Source: Chiloscyllium plagiosum (lineage: Eukaryota). From it: a stretch of 64,000 nucleotides of DNA. Below are positions 49,848 to 62,930 of this stretch, piece by piece. The notes below the pieces were generated by a model, which was not told the DNA's origin, searched no databases, and saw only the letters and a list, made by a program, of their open reading frames with translations. The stretch covers positions 5,370,430-5,434,429 of the forward strand of contig NC_057757.1 in the NCBI RefSeq assembly GCF_004010195.1, given 5' to 3'. Position 1 is the first letter of the stretch. Every line of letters begins with the position of its first letter. A program made the position numbers and the translations under genes.

Positions 49848-50990
49848 TTTAGCTGCCTTCTGAAGTAGCCACTCGCTTCAAGAGCATCAAATACCAGCCT
49901 GGCCCTGCAATTCCCAGCCCTATCTGTGAAAGGATGGCTTTTATAAAAAATAAAATTTGGAGAACTTTGGGAAGGTGAATGTTTTTTTTTGCCAAAGTGT
50001 CTTTGTACGTGAATTGTACGTGAATTGTAAGTTAATTTCAAGATAAGGTTAGTCATGTTAGCCATCACCGTGCGGGAGTTAAAATGCGCGAATATTTGAG
50101 GTGCTCCCTCCATATTGAATGGGTTGTACCTACCTCGATTCCAGATCCTATCTGTGGTGTGGGACTTGAACTCACAACCTTGACTCGTCACAAAAGCCGG
50201 CAGTCGAGAAGCTGCGGAGGGAAGGGTTTTCATCTGTTCAGGGGCTGACTCCCCAAAGTCACTGGCACAAACTCTCTCTGCTTGCCTGGGTGAGCACAGG
50301 CCCAACGACACGGAAGAAGTGAAGACCGTAAGAAATAGGAACAGGTGGAGGCCATTCGGCCCCTCGAGCCTGTTCTATCGTTCAGTAGGACCATGGCTGA
50401 TTTTTTTTTTTCCCCTGCCCTTTTAGCTGCCTTCTGAAGTAGCCACTCGCTTCAAGAGCATCAAATACCAGCCTGGCCCTGCAATTCCCAGCCCTATCTG
50501 TGAAAGGATGGCTTTTATAAAAAATAAAATTTGGAGAACTTTGGGAAGGTGAATGGCAAAAAAAAAACAAAGTGTCTTTGTACGTGAATTGTAAGTTAAT
50601 TTCAAGATAAGGTTAGTCATGTTAGCCATCACCGTGCGGGGGTTAAAATGCGCGAATATTTGAGGTGCTCCCTCCATATTGAATGGGTTGTACCTACCTC
50701 GATTCCAGATCCTATCTGTGGCGTGGGACTTGAACTCACAACCTTGACTCGTCGCAAAAGCCAGCAGTCGCGAAGCTGCGGAGGGAAGGGTTTTCATCTG
50801 TTCAGGGGCTGACTCCCCAAAGTCACTGCCACAAACTCTCTCTGCTTGCCTGGGTGAGCACAGGCCCAACGACACGGAAGAAGTGAAGACCGTAAGAAAA
50901 AGGAACAGGTGGAGGCCATTCGGCCCCTTGAGCCTGTTCTATTGTTCAGTAGGACCATGGCTGACCCCCACACTCCATTTTCCTGCCCTT
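49848..50990. repeat. Tandem direct duplication of ~570 bp (49848-50421, 50422-~50990)
   Basis: Near-identical adjacent copies; duplicated ORFs appear in the ORF track. Confidence 0.92.
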
Positions 50991-53792
50991 TCCCCATAAC
51001 CCTCTATTTCCCCGACTGATCAAGAATCTCTCTATTTCAGCCTTAAATATACATGAGGACTCTGCCTCTTCCCCCTAACCCACCGTTCCTCCACCCCACA
51101 GCATTCTGTGACAAGGGGAGGTCCAAAAACCCAGCAGAAATACCTCCTTATCTCAGTCTCAAATCAGCCCTCCCCTGCTTTCTGAGAGACTGTGCCCCCT
51201 GGTCAGAGACCCCTCCTGTGAGGGGATACAACCCCTCAGCGTTGACCCTGCCAAGTCTTTGTTTCAATGAGATCGCCCTCTTGTTCCTCTAAACCCCAGG
51301 GAGCGGAGTCCCAAACTGTTCAGCCGTTGCTCATAAGGCAATCCCTCCGCCCTGAGGGATCATCCTTCTCTAAACCGCTTCCAATGAAATAATATCTTTC
51401 CTTAAATAAGGAACTGCTTGCAGTCCTCCAGATGTGGTCTCCCCAGCACCTTGTACAGTAAGACCTCCCTGCTCTTATACTCCAACCCCCTTGGAATAAG
51501 GGCCAACATTCTGTGACCCTTCCTGATTCCCTGCTGTACCTGTGTGCCTAGCTTTGTTTCATTTACAAGTCCCAAGAGGGGGACTAAATTTTTAGTTTTA
51601 GTATTAAAGTTGATTTTAAAGCACAATTACGGTGGTGGGTAAACTGGGTGAATAAATAAAACACAAAACATGACACATGATGATTAGAGGTCACTAACCT
51701 GTTGCTTATACAACCTTTTGTCTCCATTTAAATAATCCTCTTCCTTTCAAAATGAACAACTTTGCATTTTCCCACATGAAATTTAATTGCCAACTTTTTA
51801 CCCACTTCATTAACTGTCAATAACTCCTTTTAAACTGGGCATCATCCAGGGACAAAGTTAGCCACTTGATTGGCACCACGTCCACTCTTTCCCCCCCCCC
51901 CCCCCCCCCCCCCCCAACACCACCACCAATGCTTGGTGTGTACAGTACACTGCAAAAACTCACCAAAGATCCTCAGACAGCACCTTCCATTTCCCCCCAA
52001 CTACTTCCACCTAAAGGGACACAGCCAGCATTTATTGTCCATCCCTAATTGCCCCTGGAATGTGGTGATGTCCACATGCATTTCCCAGTTCAGTGTAGTG
52101 GCACATCCTGTAGCAGGTAAGGGCAGTTTGACCCTCTCCCCAGCCTGGGGAAGGTAGGGGTGCTAGAAGGGAGCTGATAGCCATTCTCCCACTCATCCCT
52201 TGTCTAGTTTTTGGATTCTGTGCTGTTCTAGAGCTCAGTTTGGTGTGTATAAGTTGATTGCATTAGTAGTTTGTTCCTGTCTGTCTGTCTTCAGTGAAGG
52301 GTGTTGAGATTTGAGTCTTGGTGAGGAGGAGATGGTGATTTGTTCAGACCTGTCCACGTTGTCTGCTGCTTCACTCTCTTCCTGGAAATGCAAGTGTTTT
52401 TGAAACTGATGATCTACCAGTGATATTGCCAGGGTTGGAGGATCTGAGCTACAGGGAGAGGCTGAACAGGCTGGGGCTGTTTTCCCTGGAGCGTCGGAGG
52501 CTGAGGGGTGACCTTATAGAGGCTTACAAAATTGAGGGGCATGGATAGGATAAATAGGCAAAGTCTTTTTTCCCTGGGGTCAGGGAGTCCAGAACTAGAG
52601 GGCATAGGTTTGGGGTGAGAGGGGAAAGATATAAAAGAGACCTAAGGGGCAACATTTCTCACAGGGTGGTACATGTATGGAATGAGCTGCCAGAGGAAGT
52701 GATGGCTGGTACAAGTGCAACATTTAAGAGGCATTTGGAATGGGTATATGAATAGGAAGGATTTGGAGGGATATGGGCCGGGTGCTGGCAGGTGGGATTA
52801 GATTGGGTTGGGATATCTGGTCGGCATGGACGGGTTGGACCGAAGGGTCTGTTTCCATGCTGTACATCTGACTCTGACTTGTGCTCTGAGCCAAGGGTTT
52901 GGAATTCTGGGAGGTGCAGGAGGCAGCTGGGGATCACTTGAATGTTGAAACTGAACTCATCCAAACAGCGATGAAGCTGAGCTTCACTCTGACCGGTGGG
53001 CGTGTAACGAAATAACAGAATGACTCAGCCACTGAATAGGGGTGGCATAGTGGCTGTGGTTCGCACTTCTGCCTCAGTGCTAGGGACCCGGGTTTGACTC
53101 TGCATGGGTTTCCTCCTGGTGCTTCCATTTCCTCCAGCTGTCCAGGGATGTGCAGGTTAGGGTGGGCTAGCTGTGAGGAAGTGCAGGGCTACAGGATTGG
53201 ATACTGTTCAGAGGGTCGGTGTAACTCGAGGGGCCAAACACTGTTCCCCACTGTCAGGATTCGATGATCCATCTTTTCCCCAGGTATCTGAAGATACAGA
53301 CTTCCCTTGTGTGCTTCTCAATGTAATGTTTCTAAAGTGCTTTTAGAGCCATTTTTAAGTGTTTTGACATGTAATTGCCACTCAGCGAGGAGGCTCTGTA
53401 GCTGGCTGGTGCACAGCTGTACTGTGATTTTAAAGGCCAGTTCATGGTTTGTTTAAATGTTGAATTTTTAAAGTGAAATACAGGCTGAATTTCCGCACCA
53501 CCCCCCACCCAATCGTCATCCTTGGGTCACTTCTATCCTCTTATAGCGGTGATGGTGGTGGGGAACCTCCATTTAGCAGCAGCCCCTTGATCCACATTGG
53601 AACATCATCCGACATGGGTAGAGTCCAAGCCTCTGGCCCATGGGGTGCTAGCATTGCCCTCCTTGAGCTGTGCACTGACCTGTAGTTGTGTTGAGAGTTG
53701 GGCCATTATCGGTTGGGAGATAGATGTGGTTTTTGTGTAGTTGATATGGTTGTGAAACTCCTTCGTTTGGCTAATCTCTCTTCCTTCCTTCC

Positions 53793-54417
53793 TGTTATGG
53801 CCTGAACCAAACCCCCTCAAAAAATATTTAGCCTAGGCCCTCAAGTTTTCTTAATTTAAAGGCAGGACATTGTATTCCAGATGCAATTTGGTTGGTCAAA
53901 CTACCAGGCTTGAAGCAAAACTCACTTTATTCAGACGCTATAGTTAAAATACAAGAAAAAGAATTGGTATAGCCTTAACTATTGGAAAGCTTAACAGAGT
54001 AATAGATTATTTAACTACTGAACTGCAACTTGTTCCTAAAAAGTAACATCCTGTTAACACACCCTTGACAAAGGTAAATTCGTAAAATAGATTTCTCCCA
54101 TGCAGTTCTCCAATCCAGGAGGAAAAACATCAACAGCACACTTAGTGTAGCAGGGAGAGATGTACTGTAGCTTCCAGACCCCAGCAACAATTGCAACTGA
54201 GACTCAAACTCAAAATCCTGTGGGAGCTTGTTCCCACCCAGTCAGGCTGCTTCTACTGTTCCAACTTTTTTAAAAACAAATTAAAAAAAAAAAAAAAAAA
54301 CCCAAGGCACCTCCAACTTGTTTATTTCAATAGGCAGCTCAGCCATTCTGTCTTACAACACTCTTCAACAAAAGGCCTAGGACACAATACAGCTCTTAAA
54401 GCCATAGTATTGTTGCG
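53793..54417. mobile_element. Putative solo LTR, same family as 41592-42217
   Basis: Shared tgttatgg start and agatgcaatt, gttaaaatacaa, cccacccagtcaggctgcttcta blocks. Confidence 0.5.
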
Positions 54418-54999
54418 TTGCCCACTGGGACCACTTGCACAGGTGTTGTGCAAGGTCATGTTCTGAAAGGGTTAATGTTGTAGTGGCTTCCCACAGTCTG
54501 TGGCCCAATCTGGGAGGTGAAGGAATTAATCCTGCAGGAAGCTATGTTGGAGGCAGGTGTGACATAACCAGCTTTTGATGATGTCACTTATTTTAGGCAC
54601 AGTTAACACGGTTGCCCTATAGTGTAATTAATAAAGTGAGCACCCCTTCTGGAGGTGGTGTCATCTGCTGTTGTTCATTAGGCCTGTAGTCTTGCCCCAT
54701 ATTTGGTCAACTCGCTTCTTTAAAAGTGCAGGGAGGTGTATTACCAGTAGTGAACCACCCTCTGGTAACCTGTGGCTGTGCCTCCCAAGTCCCACATGAC
54801 AGTGGAGATCAAATATTTGATGTTGGACCGTGTCAAATTCCTCACTTGTCTTCCCAGCTCAGCTGTCAGCTACAGGCTGCTGTCTTCAGAGATGGGAAGG
54901 AAGTAAGGAAGACTGAGAGTAGTGTCTGTTTTGTCTCCAGCTCTCCGGACTCTGGTAGTTTGCAAGTTGCTGCGTTGTGACTCAATTTGCGGACATGCC

Positions 55000-55310
55000 T
55001 CTGAGTCAGGGTGTTGTCAGTTTGAGTCCCCGTCCTGGAGATCTGAGAATCCACTTTGACGCTCCCGAACCCAAAGCTGAGGTGAGATTTTTAAAACTGG
55101 GGTGGAAAAGGGTGTCACGGACTGCACTTGAGGAGCAGTGTCCTGAACCCCCCTCTTAACGTCCGCAAAATCGTTTTTAGGGCAACTGATCCATTGCTGT
55201 TTAATGGGAGCTTGCTGTGCATAAAGTTGCCTGCCCATGTGACATGTCAAATACTTTCTATCGGTCGTACAGCTCTTGAGGTGGTTGGGAGCTACTTAAA
55301 TGCAGGATGA
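55000..55310 (+). mobile_element. Old Deu-domain-type SINE remnant
   Basis: cattgctgtttaatgggagcttgctgtgc core; similar remnants near 1240-1500 and 42313-42500. Confidence 0.45.
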
Positions 55311-58094
55311 CTTCCCCTGTATTGGGGCAGCAATAGTCCGACCCAGGAAGTGGTGAATTGGGCTGTGAGAATGGAGGCTGCTGCACAAATGCAAGTTGTT
55401 GTTGCAGCAGGCAAGGAATTGAGAGAGATGCCCCACTTGCAGGCAGATGGGGCTAGTTTAGAGTGGGATGGCGCAGATTTGGTGGGCCGAATGGCCTACT
55501 CCTGTCCTGTGCTGACTTACGTTTGACGTTTAATCAGAAAATAGAGGTGGCGAGTGCATCAGTTGGAATTTGACTGTAACAGGGTGACTAGAAGTGGACA
55601 CAGTACTCGGGAAGTGGCCTCACCAACATCCTGTACAACCTCAACATGATGTCCCCAACCCCTGTACTCAACAGTCTGAGCAATGATGGCAAGCGTGCTA
55701 AATGCTGCCTTAACCAGCCTGTGTACATGTGACAATAGAATTACTGTGGAGGTATCTGTGTCCTTTGTACTGTTTGATCCGAAGCTAAACTGAAACATGT
55801 TGGTTTTTACAGCTCTGTAAAACTGACTCTGACCTCAATTAGTGGCTAATCAGAGGGGGTGTAGTTATATTCAGGAAGTAATCGGCCTTTATTTATTCAT
55901 CAAACAACAGATCCTCTCCCTGGTTCTGTTACATAATACGTTGTCCTACCAATCACTGCCATCTGTCCATTTTAAAGTGACCGTTTCGGCCATGTTGGGA
56001 TTTCAAGTGGGGCCTCCTTACCCAGGCATAGAGTCCCTACCACCGGCCGAAGTGTGTAAGGGTCTGTCTGATTAGTGTAGGGCTAGTCTCCTAGTCTCTG
56101 TTTCTCTGCCTGGCATGATGTAGATGTTTTCAGATTGGCAGGCCACACTCCAACCCAAGCAGGCTCAGGCCGTCATGTTGAGGTTAAAAGTCTGGGGCTG
56201 GCGAGATCCAAGGCCGCACTGGCTGCCACGGAGACCCAGTCAAAATCCGACATCCATCTTCCAGTTTTTAACGTCTCTCTCGATCTCACTGAGGGAATGG
56301 AACAACTTTTTTCGAGGTTTGAACACCAGAGAACTCTACGACCTTTAACCCCCTTAGCCCCCACCCACACCGAACACCTTGACGACCAGTGCTTCAGAAC
56401 AGCTGGTTAGGTCATCTGGTTACAAAAGCGCTCTGGCCTTGTGTAGGTCCTGGGTCTGACTTCAAACCCAACACTTGAGTGTTTCCTTATTAAGAGAGAG
56501 CTCTCTTCCCAAAGAGAAGTGAGGGCCAATTGTATTGTTCTGGAGTGGGCGATTTGGATCATTGAGTCAGAAACACAGCCTTCGGTCCAACTCGTCTATC
56601 TCTATCCGAAATTAATCTACTCCAGTTTGCCAGCATTTGGCCTGTATCCCCCTCGACCCTTCCTATTCATGTCCCCATCCAGATGGCATTTAAATGTCAT
56701 TTGTACCAGCCTCCACCACTTCCTCTGGCAGCTCATTCCATACATGCATCACCCTTTGTCTGAAAAAGATACCCCTTGGGTCCCTTTTTAAAAAATCTTT
56801 TCTCCCCCACCCTCTAGTTATGGGCCCCACCCCAGGGTGGGGGGGAGCAGTGGAGGTGAAACGGCCATGGCCATTAAGGTGAAAATTAGTTCATTATGCC
56901 TGTTTTACCAGGGCCCCAAGGGGAGAGGCGGAGGACGGGGGAGAGAGTGTGGACTGTCTGTCACCTCCTAGCTACACTCAGTTCCCCACATCCTGTCAGC
57001 CTGCTGTTCCTATGGGACACTCCAGTTTACTCCCTGTTCAACTCCTTCCCACACTATTCCCTCCCCTCAGTAATGGTAGAAGGTGTAATTCCTGTCTATT
57101 TTAACCCCTTACTAACCAAGGCCCATCTTCTGGGTAAAGCTGTAACTTTTCTTTGTCCCCCTTTAACCCACAGCAGACCTTGCTCCAAAGTCCCAAAGCT
57201 GTCATAATTTTAAAAATGGATTAAATAAATTGAGATCTGAAAGGGAAGGGGTGCCTGATCTGTTTTGAGCTTATCTTCTTGACAACTAAACTTTCTCTTT
57301 TCAATTTTACTTTAAACTAACTTTTGCCGGCTTTGAGATTTGAACCAATGATCTCTGAATATTTGCTTGAATATGCAACCCTGTGACATTTCCACTGCTC
57401 CATATTCACACACTCCTCTTCAATGTGCATTTAAAAAAAAAACTGTTAGATCAGATGTCGCCCATTTCAAAACCTGTTTTAATAATTTACATGAACGCTC
57501 AGATGTTCTATTCATCTTGCAAATTTTCAAGGAAAATCTATTTTTGGGGATCTTTTAGCACTGAAATGACAGCAAGTGACTTTGTTTGTTTGTTTTTCTG
57601 TTAATAGCTCTGTTCTTTGTAACTCTCTCTGCAAATACTTGGTTCCTTTTTTCATCTGTTCTAAGCAGTGGGAAGTCACTAATTTTTTTTTATTAACTAC
57701 CTCTTCAGATTGGGGAGGGACTAAATTTTATGGTTGAAGTCCCTTTGGGTAGGCACTGTTTCCCTGCCCCTCCTGCTGGGAAAAGAGGCACATTTCTGGC
57801 TGCTTTTTTACCCCTTGGGTGAGACAGGCCATTTTACCCCTTCACCCTCCTTGTGCTGTCCACTGAGACCCCTGGGTGGGTGGGAGGGGTTGTTAGTGAG
57901 TGGTGTCCACCCACCAGTGCAACAGCTACCTTTTGAAATGCTTCCAAAGATTTAAAAACAAGCCAATCCTGTCTCTCTGGATCCCAGTCTCTTTCCCAGA
58001 TGTACCACCAGATGGCACATGCAGGTTGAGAGTTGTCCCCATAATTCTCCTGGAGACACTGTACCAGGGAGTTTGTCACTTTTTTAAAAAAATT

Positions 58095-58990
58095 TAATAA
58101 ATGACCTGGATGAGGGCGAAGAAGGATTGGCTAATAAATTTGTGGATGAATTAATGTTGGTGAAGCTGTGGACAGTGCTGAAGGATGTTGCAGGTTACAG
58201 ATGGACATAATTAAGCTGCAGAGGTGACAAATGGAGTTTAATGTGGACAAGTGTGAGGTGATTCACCTTTGGAAGGAGCAACAGGAATAGATTGTACTGA
58301 GCTAATGGTAAGATTCTTGGTAGTGTAGATGAGCAGAGAGATCTCTGGGTCCATGCACATAGATCCCTGAAAGTTGCCACCCAAGTTGATAGGGTTGTTA
58401 AGAAGGCATACGGTGTGTGAGCTTTAATTGGTAGAGGGATTGAATTTCAGAGCCATGAGATCATGCTGTGCTGTAGCCGCACTTGGAGTATTGCGTACAG
58501 TTCTGGTCACCACATTACAGGAAGGATGTGGAAGCTTTGGAAAGGGTTCAGAGGAAATTGACTTGGAAGTTGCCTGGTATGGAGGGAAGGTCTTATGAGA
58601 AGGTTGAGGGACTTGAGGCTGCTCTCGTTAGAGAGGAGGTTGAGCGGTGACTCAATTGAGACATACAAGATAATCAGAGGGTTAGATAGGTGGACAGTGA
58701 AAGCCTTTTTCCTCCGATGGTGATAGCTAGCACAAGGGGACATAACTTTAAATTGAGGGGTGATAGATATAGGACAGATGTCAGATAGTTGATTTACTCA
58801 GAGTAATAGGGCTGTGGAATTCCCTGCCTGCAACAGTAGTCGACTTGCCAACTTTAAAGGCATTTAAATGGTCATTGAATAGATATAGGGATGAAAACAA
58901 AATAGTTTAGGTTAGATGGGCTTCAGATTGGTTCCACAGGTTGGCACAACATCGAGGGCTGAAGGGCCTGTACTGCGCTGGAATGTTTTG
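58095..58990 (+). mobile_element. CR1-clade LINE 3' portion (same subfamily as 4705-6840)
   Basis: Shares catagatccctgaaagttgccaccca and the 3' UTR. Confidence 0.85.
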
Positions 58991-60289
58991 AGTTTAAGAT
59001 CTCTTCCTTAAAGAGTGACCAGCCAGCAATGATATGTACCTTACCCCTTCCAAACCATTTACAGGTTTGTAATTAACAATCAGAAATAGTGAAGGAGGAG
59101 GATTCCAAATTTCTGCCATCTTTGTTTTTGCTCGTCTCTCTGGCTCCTTGTCAGAGTCAGCCCCTCTTAAATAGCGATTCAGAGCAAGATATTCAAGCTG
59201 GTTTGCATGCTCTCGCTCGCTCTCCACAATAGCTCTGTGATGGCTCTCCCAGATGGTTCTGTTTATAAACCTGCCTTGATCACCGCCTGCATGCTATTAG
59301 TGGCAGAGCCATACAGCACGGAAACAGGCCCTTCAGCCCAGCTAGTCCATACTGACCACAATCCCAAACTAAACTAGTCCCACCTGCCTGCTCCTGGGCC
59401 AGATCACTCCAAACCTTTCCTATTCGTGAACTTATCCAAATGTTTTTTAAACTTTTGTAACTTGTACCCACATCCTCCACTTCCTCAGGAAGTTCATTCC
59501 ACATATGAGCCACTCTGTATTTGTTTTAAAAGGTTGCCCCTCGTGTCTTTGTTTTTTAAATCTTCCTTCTCTCCCCTTTTTTATAAATTGTGACCCCTAG
59601 TCTTGAAATCCCCCCACCCATGAGAAAGGGCACCTGCCATTCACCTTATCTATACCCCTCCAGATTTTATAATCCTCCATTAAGGTCACCCCTCAATGCT
59701 CCAGGGGAAAAGCGTCCCAGCCCCCCCCTCATAACTCGCCCTCCAGTCCCAGCAACAGCCTGGTAAATATCCTCTGAACCCTCTCCATCTTAATAATAAT
59801 CTCCCTGTAACAGAGTACGACAGAAGGGGCCTCACCAATGTCCTGTACAACCTCAACATGACGTCCCAACTCCTACACTCAAAAGGTTTGAGCAATGAAG
59901 GCGAGCATGCTATACCCCTTCTTAACCACCCTGGCTACCTGTTACACCAGTTATGTATCTGAACCCCTAGGTCTCTCTGTTCACTTAATGTCCTTTGGGG
60001 AAGGAAACTGACATCCTTACCTGGTCTGGCCTACATGTGACTCCAGACCCACTGCAATGTGGTTGACTCTCAAATGCCCTCTGGACAATTGGGGATGGGC
60101 AATAAATGCTGAGCCCAGCCAGTGATACCCTCCTCCTTAAACACTACCCAAGGCCCTACCTTTGACTGTATAAGTCCTGCCCTTGTTTTACCAAAGTGCA
60201 ATATCGGACATTTATTCAAACTCCACTCCATCTGCCAGTCCTCAGATGAAGACTGATTTGGTGATGCTGGTGTTGGACTGGGATGGACA

Positions 60290-60475
60290 AAGGTTAAAAA
60301 TCACAACGCCAGGTTATAGTCCGACAGGTTTATTTGGAAGCACTAGCTTTTGGAGCGCTGCTCCTTTATCAGATAGCTGTCATCACAACCACCTGATTGA
60401 AGGAGCAGCTCTCCGAAAGCTAGTGCTTCCAAATAAACCTGTTGGACTATAACCTGGCATTATGATTTTTAACTT
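60290..60475. mobile_element. Second palindromic Penelope-type repeat family with a hammerhead-like core
   Basis: Long inverted arms around ctgattgaaggagcagctctccgaaagcta. Confidence 0.65.
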
Positions 60476-60880
60476 TTTGAGGACTTGATTTAACTAATCG
60501 ATCAGGATCAGAATCGGGCTGGGGGTGCAATCCTGTGGGGACAGGGCTGGATATCTAGTAAAACTGACACTTCAGGCCGGAGCCCTTCATCAGGATTCCT
60601 GCTCCTCGGATGCTGCCTGACCTGCTGTGCTTTTCCAGCACCACACACTCAACTCTGATCTGCAGTCCTCACTGTCTCCTGGATATCTAGTAAAGCTATT
60701 CATTAGCTGGAAAGACTTGCTGGGATTAATTCGAACACCTCTTTTGTATTTTTATTTTTCAGGGAGTTGGGGCAATCCGGACCGTATAGTATTGAGAATA
60801 ATCCTGGTCTCCTGGGTTACTAAGACGCTAACATGTCTTTCTTTCCTTTTTTTTTTGTGTCCCCTCCCCACACTCTGCAG

Positions 60881-61015
60881 GCTTTGTAGTGGGTCAGGCC
60901 GGTTTCCTGCAGTCCCTGCTAATGTTGGTCGTTGCCTACATTATCATTAGCTTGACCGTGCTGTCAGTGTGTGCCATTTCAACCAATGGTGCCGTGAAGG
61001 GAGGAGGAGCCTACT
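60881..61015 (+). CDS. SLC12A9: SLC12A9 second coding exon
   Basis: ctctgcag acceptor; FVVGQAGFLQSLLMLVVAYIIISLTVLSVCAISTNGAVKGGGAY; donor T|gtatcctt (U12-type). Confidence 0.95.
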
Positions 61016-62311
61016 GTATCCTTCCAAAATGGCGCCCGCTTCATGGATCTCCCCCTCGGGATGGTTTGGTCAGCTGCATTTTGTCTGCTCCCACCTTTAA
61101 TTGCTCCGACCAAGAATGTGAAAGTGTATTGGAGATGGGTTTTGGAATAATAGGTATTTGCTCGGTGCTCCTTCTGCAGCTCCGGGACAGTTGGCGTCCT
61201 CCATGCCAACTTCAGATGCTAAAAGGCCACCTGTCATCAGGGGCTGGGCAGTATCTCCGCACCCCACCCCACATGCCAAGCCCCAATAGCCCCAGGAACA
61301 AGTTTAAATCTGTTCCAAATTTATGTAAATCTCATCCAAAAACCTGATGAAAGGCCCGAAACATCAACTCTCCTGCTCCTCAGATGCTGTCTGACCAGCG
61401 CTCTCTCACTACCCTGATCTCCAGCATCTGCAGTCCTGACGTTCTCTGAAAACCAATCCACCTGTCCCAAATTTTAGAGGTTGGAATAGTTTGAGGATTT
61501 TAAAAATGTGTTGCTGGAAAAGCGCAGCAGGTCAGGCAGCATCCAAGGAGAAGGAGAATCGGCGTTTCGGGCATAAGCCCTTCTTCCGGAAGATTCTTCT
61601 TCTCCTTGGATGCTGCCTGACCTGCTGCGCTTTTCCAGCAACACATTTTTAAGCTCTGATCTCGAGCATCTGCAGTCCTCACTTACTCATAGTTTGAGGA
61701 TTGATAAGACCCTAATTGTTGAAGCTTTTTCTACCTTGCCAGGGAGGCCTTCAGTGGTTAGCACTGCCAAGGGACCTGGGTTCGATTTCCCACTCTCGGG
61801 TAACTGTCTGTGTGGAGTTTGCACATTCTCCCTGTGTCTGCGTGGGTTTCCTCCCACAGTCCAAAGATGTGCAGGTTAGGGTGGATTGGGAATTCAAATT
61901 ATTTTTTTCTTTTCAAAAAAAATCAAAAATCTGGAATTAAGCATCTAATGACCACAAATCCATTGTCAATTTGTTGGGTCAGTTTGTTAATCACACCCTT
62001 TTGGGAGGGGAATCTGCAATTTTTACCTGCTCTGGCCTACCCGTGACTCCAGACCTAGTGATGTGGTTACTCTGGATTACCCTCTGGGCAATTAGGGATA
62101 GGCAGTAAATTGTGGGCCTAGCCATTGTCCTGTGAATGAATTAAAAGAAATAATAGGCGGGGCGGGGGGAGCGGAGAACCTACTGTGGTCTGCCATTTTG
62201 TTTTGAAAAAAAATTAATTGATGTGAAATATTAACTGCTCTCGTGCTCTTCCACCCCGCCGGTCACTCATTGTGGTACAACCCACTAAATTTCCTTTACG
62301 AGTGGCTACAG
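61016..62311 (+). other. U12-type (minor spliceosome) GT-AG intron of SLC12A9
   Basis: 5' splice site GTATCCTT; branch-like TTCCTTTAC at 62291-62299, with its A 13 nt from the 3' end; no pyrimidine tract before the CAG. Confidence 0.88.
61500..61688. mobile_element. Palindromic Penelope-derived insertion with 14-bp TSD
   Basis: atagtttgaggatt at 61486-61499 and 61689-61702. Confidence 0.72.
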
Positions 62312-62455
62312 TTATGATCAGCCGTACACTGGGCCCGGAGTTTGGTGGGAGCATCGGTCTGATGTTTTTCCTGGCCAATGTCTGTTCCTGTGCGGTCTAC
62401 ATCCTAGGCTTGGTGGAGGCCATTTTGGATGTGTTTGGAGAGGTCCCCAATGCAG
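62312..62455 (+). CDS. SLC12A9: SLC12A9 third coding exon; gene continues beyond the window
   Basis: [49 protein letters not shown]|gtgagt donor; phase 1-1. Confidence 0.95.
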
Positions 62456-62625
62456 GTGAGTCAACCCACCCTCCTCCCCCCCTCCCCCCCCCCCCCCCCC
62501 CCCCCCCCCCTCCCCTCTTCCCTTCCCCCAAAAGAAAAGGTTGGTTGTCTGAGTCTGATGTCTAACAACTTTTTAAACTTTGGTGCTAGGGGTTCTGGGG
62601 TTCAAAATCTTTTTCAACATTAAAT

Positions 62626-62930
62626 GGGGCAGCACAGTGGCTCAGTGGTTAGCACTGCTCCCTCAGTGCGAGGGACCTGGGTTTGATTTCACCCTCTGGT
62701 GACTGTGTGTGGAGTCCTCCCATTCTCCCCGTGTCTGCGTGGGTTTCCTCCCACAACCCGAAGATGGGCAGGTCAGGGTGGGTTGGCCACGTTAAATTGC
62801 CCCATAGTGTTCAGGGATATGTAGGTTAGGTGCATTGGTCAAGGGGAATGTCAAGTAATGGGGTTGGGGAATGGGTCGGTGTGGGCCCGTTGGGCCAAAG
62901 GACCTGTTTCCATACTGTAGGGATACTATG
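62626..62930 (+). mobile_element. HE1-type SINE
   Basis: Head, core and tail motifs. Confidence 0.8.
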
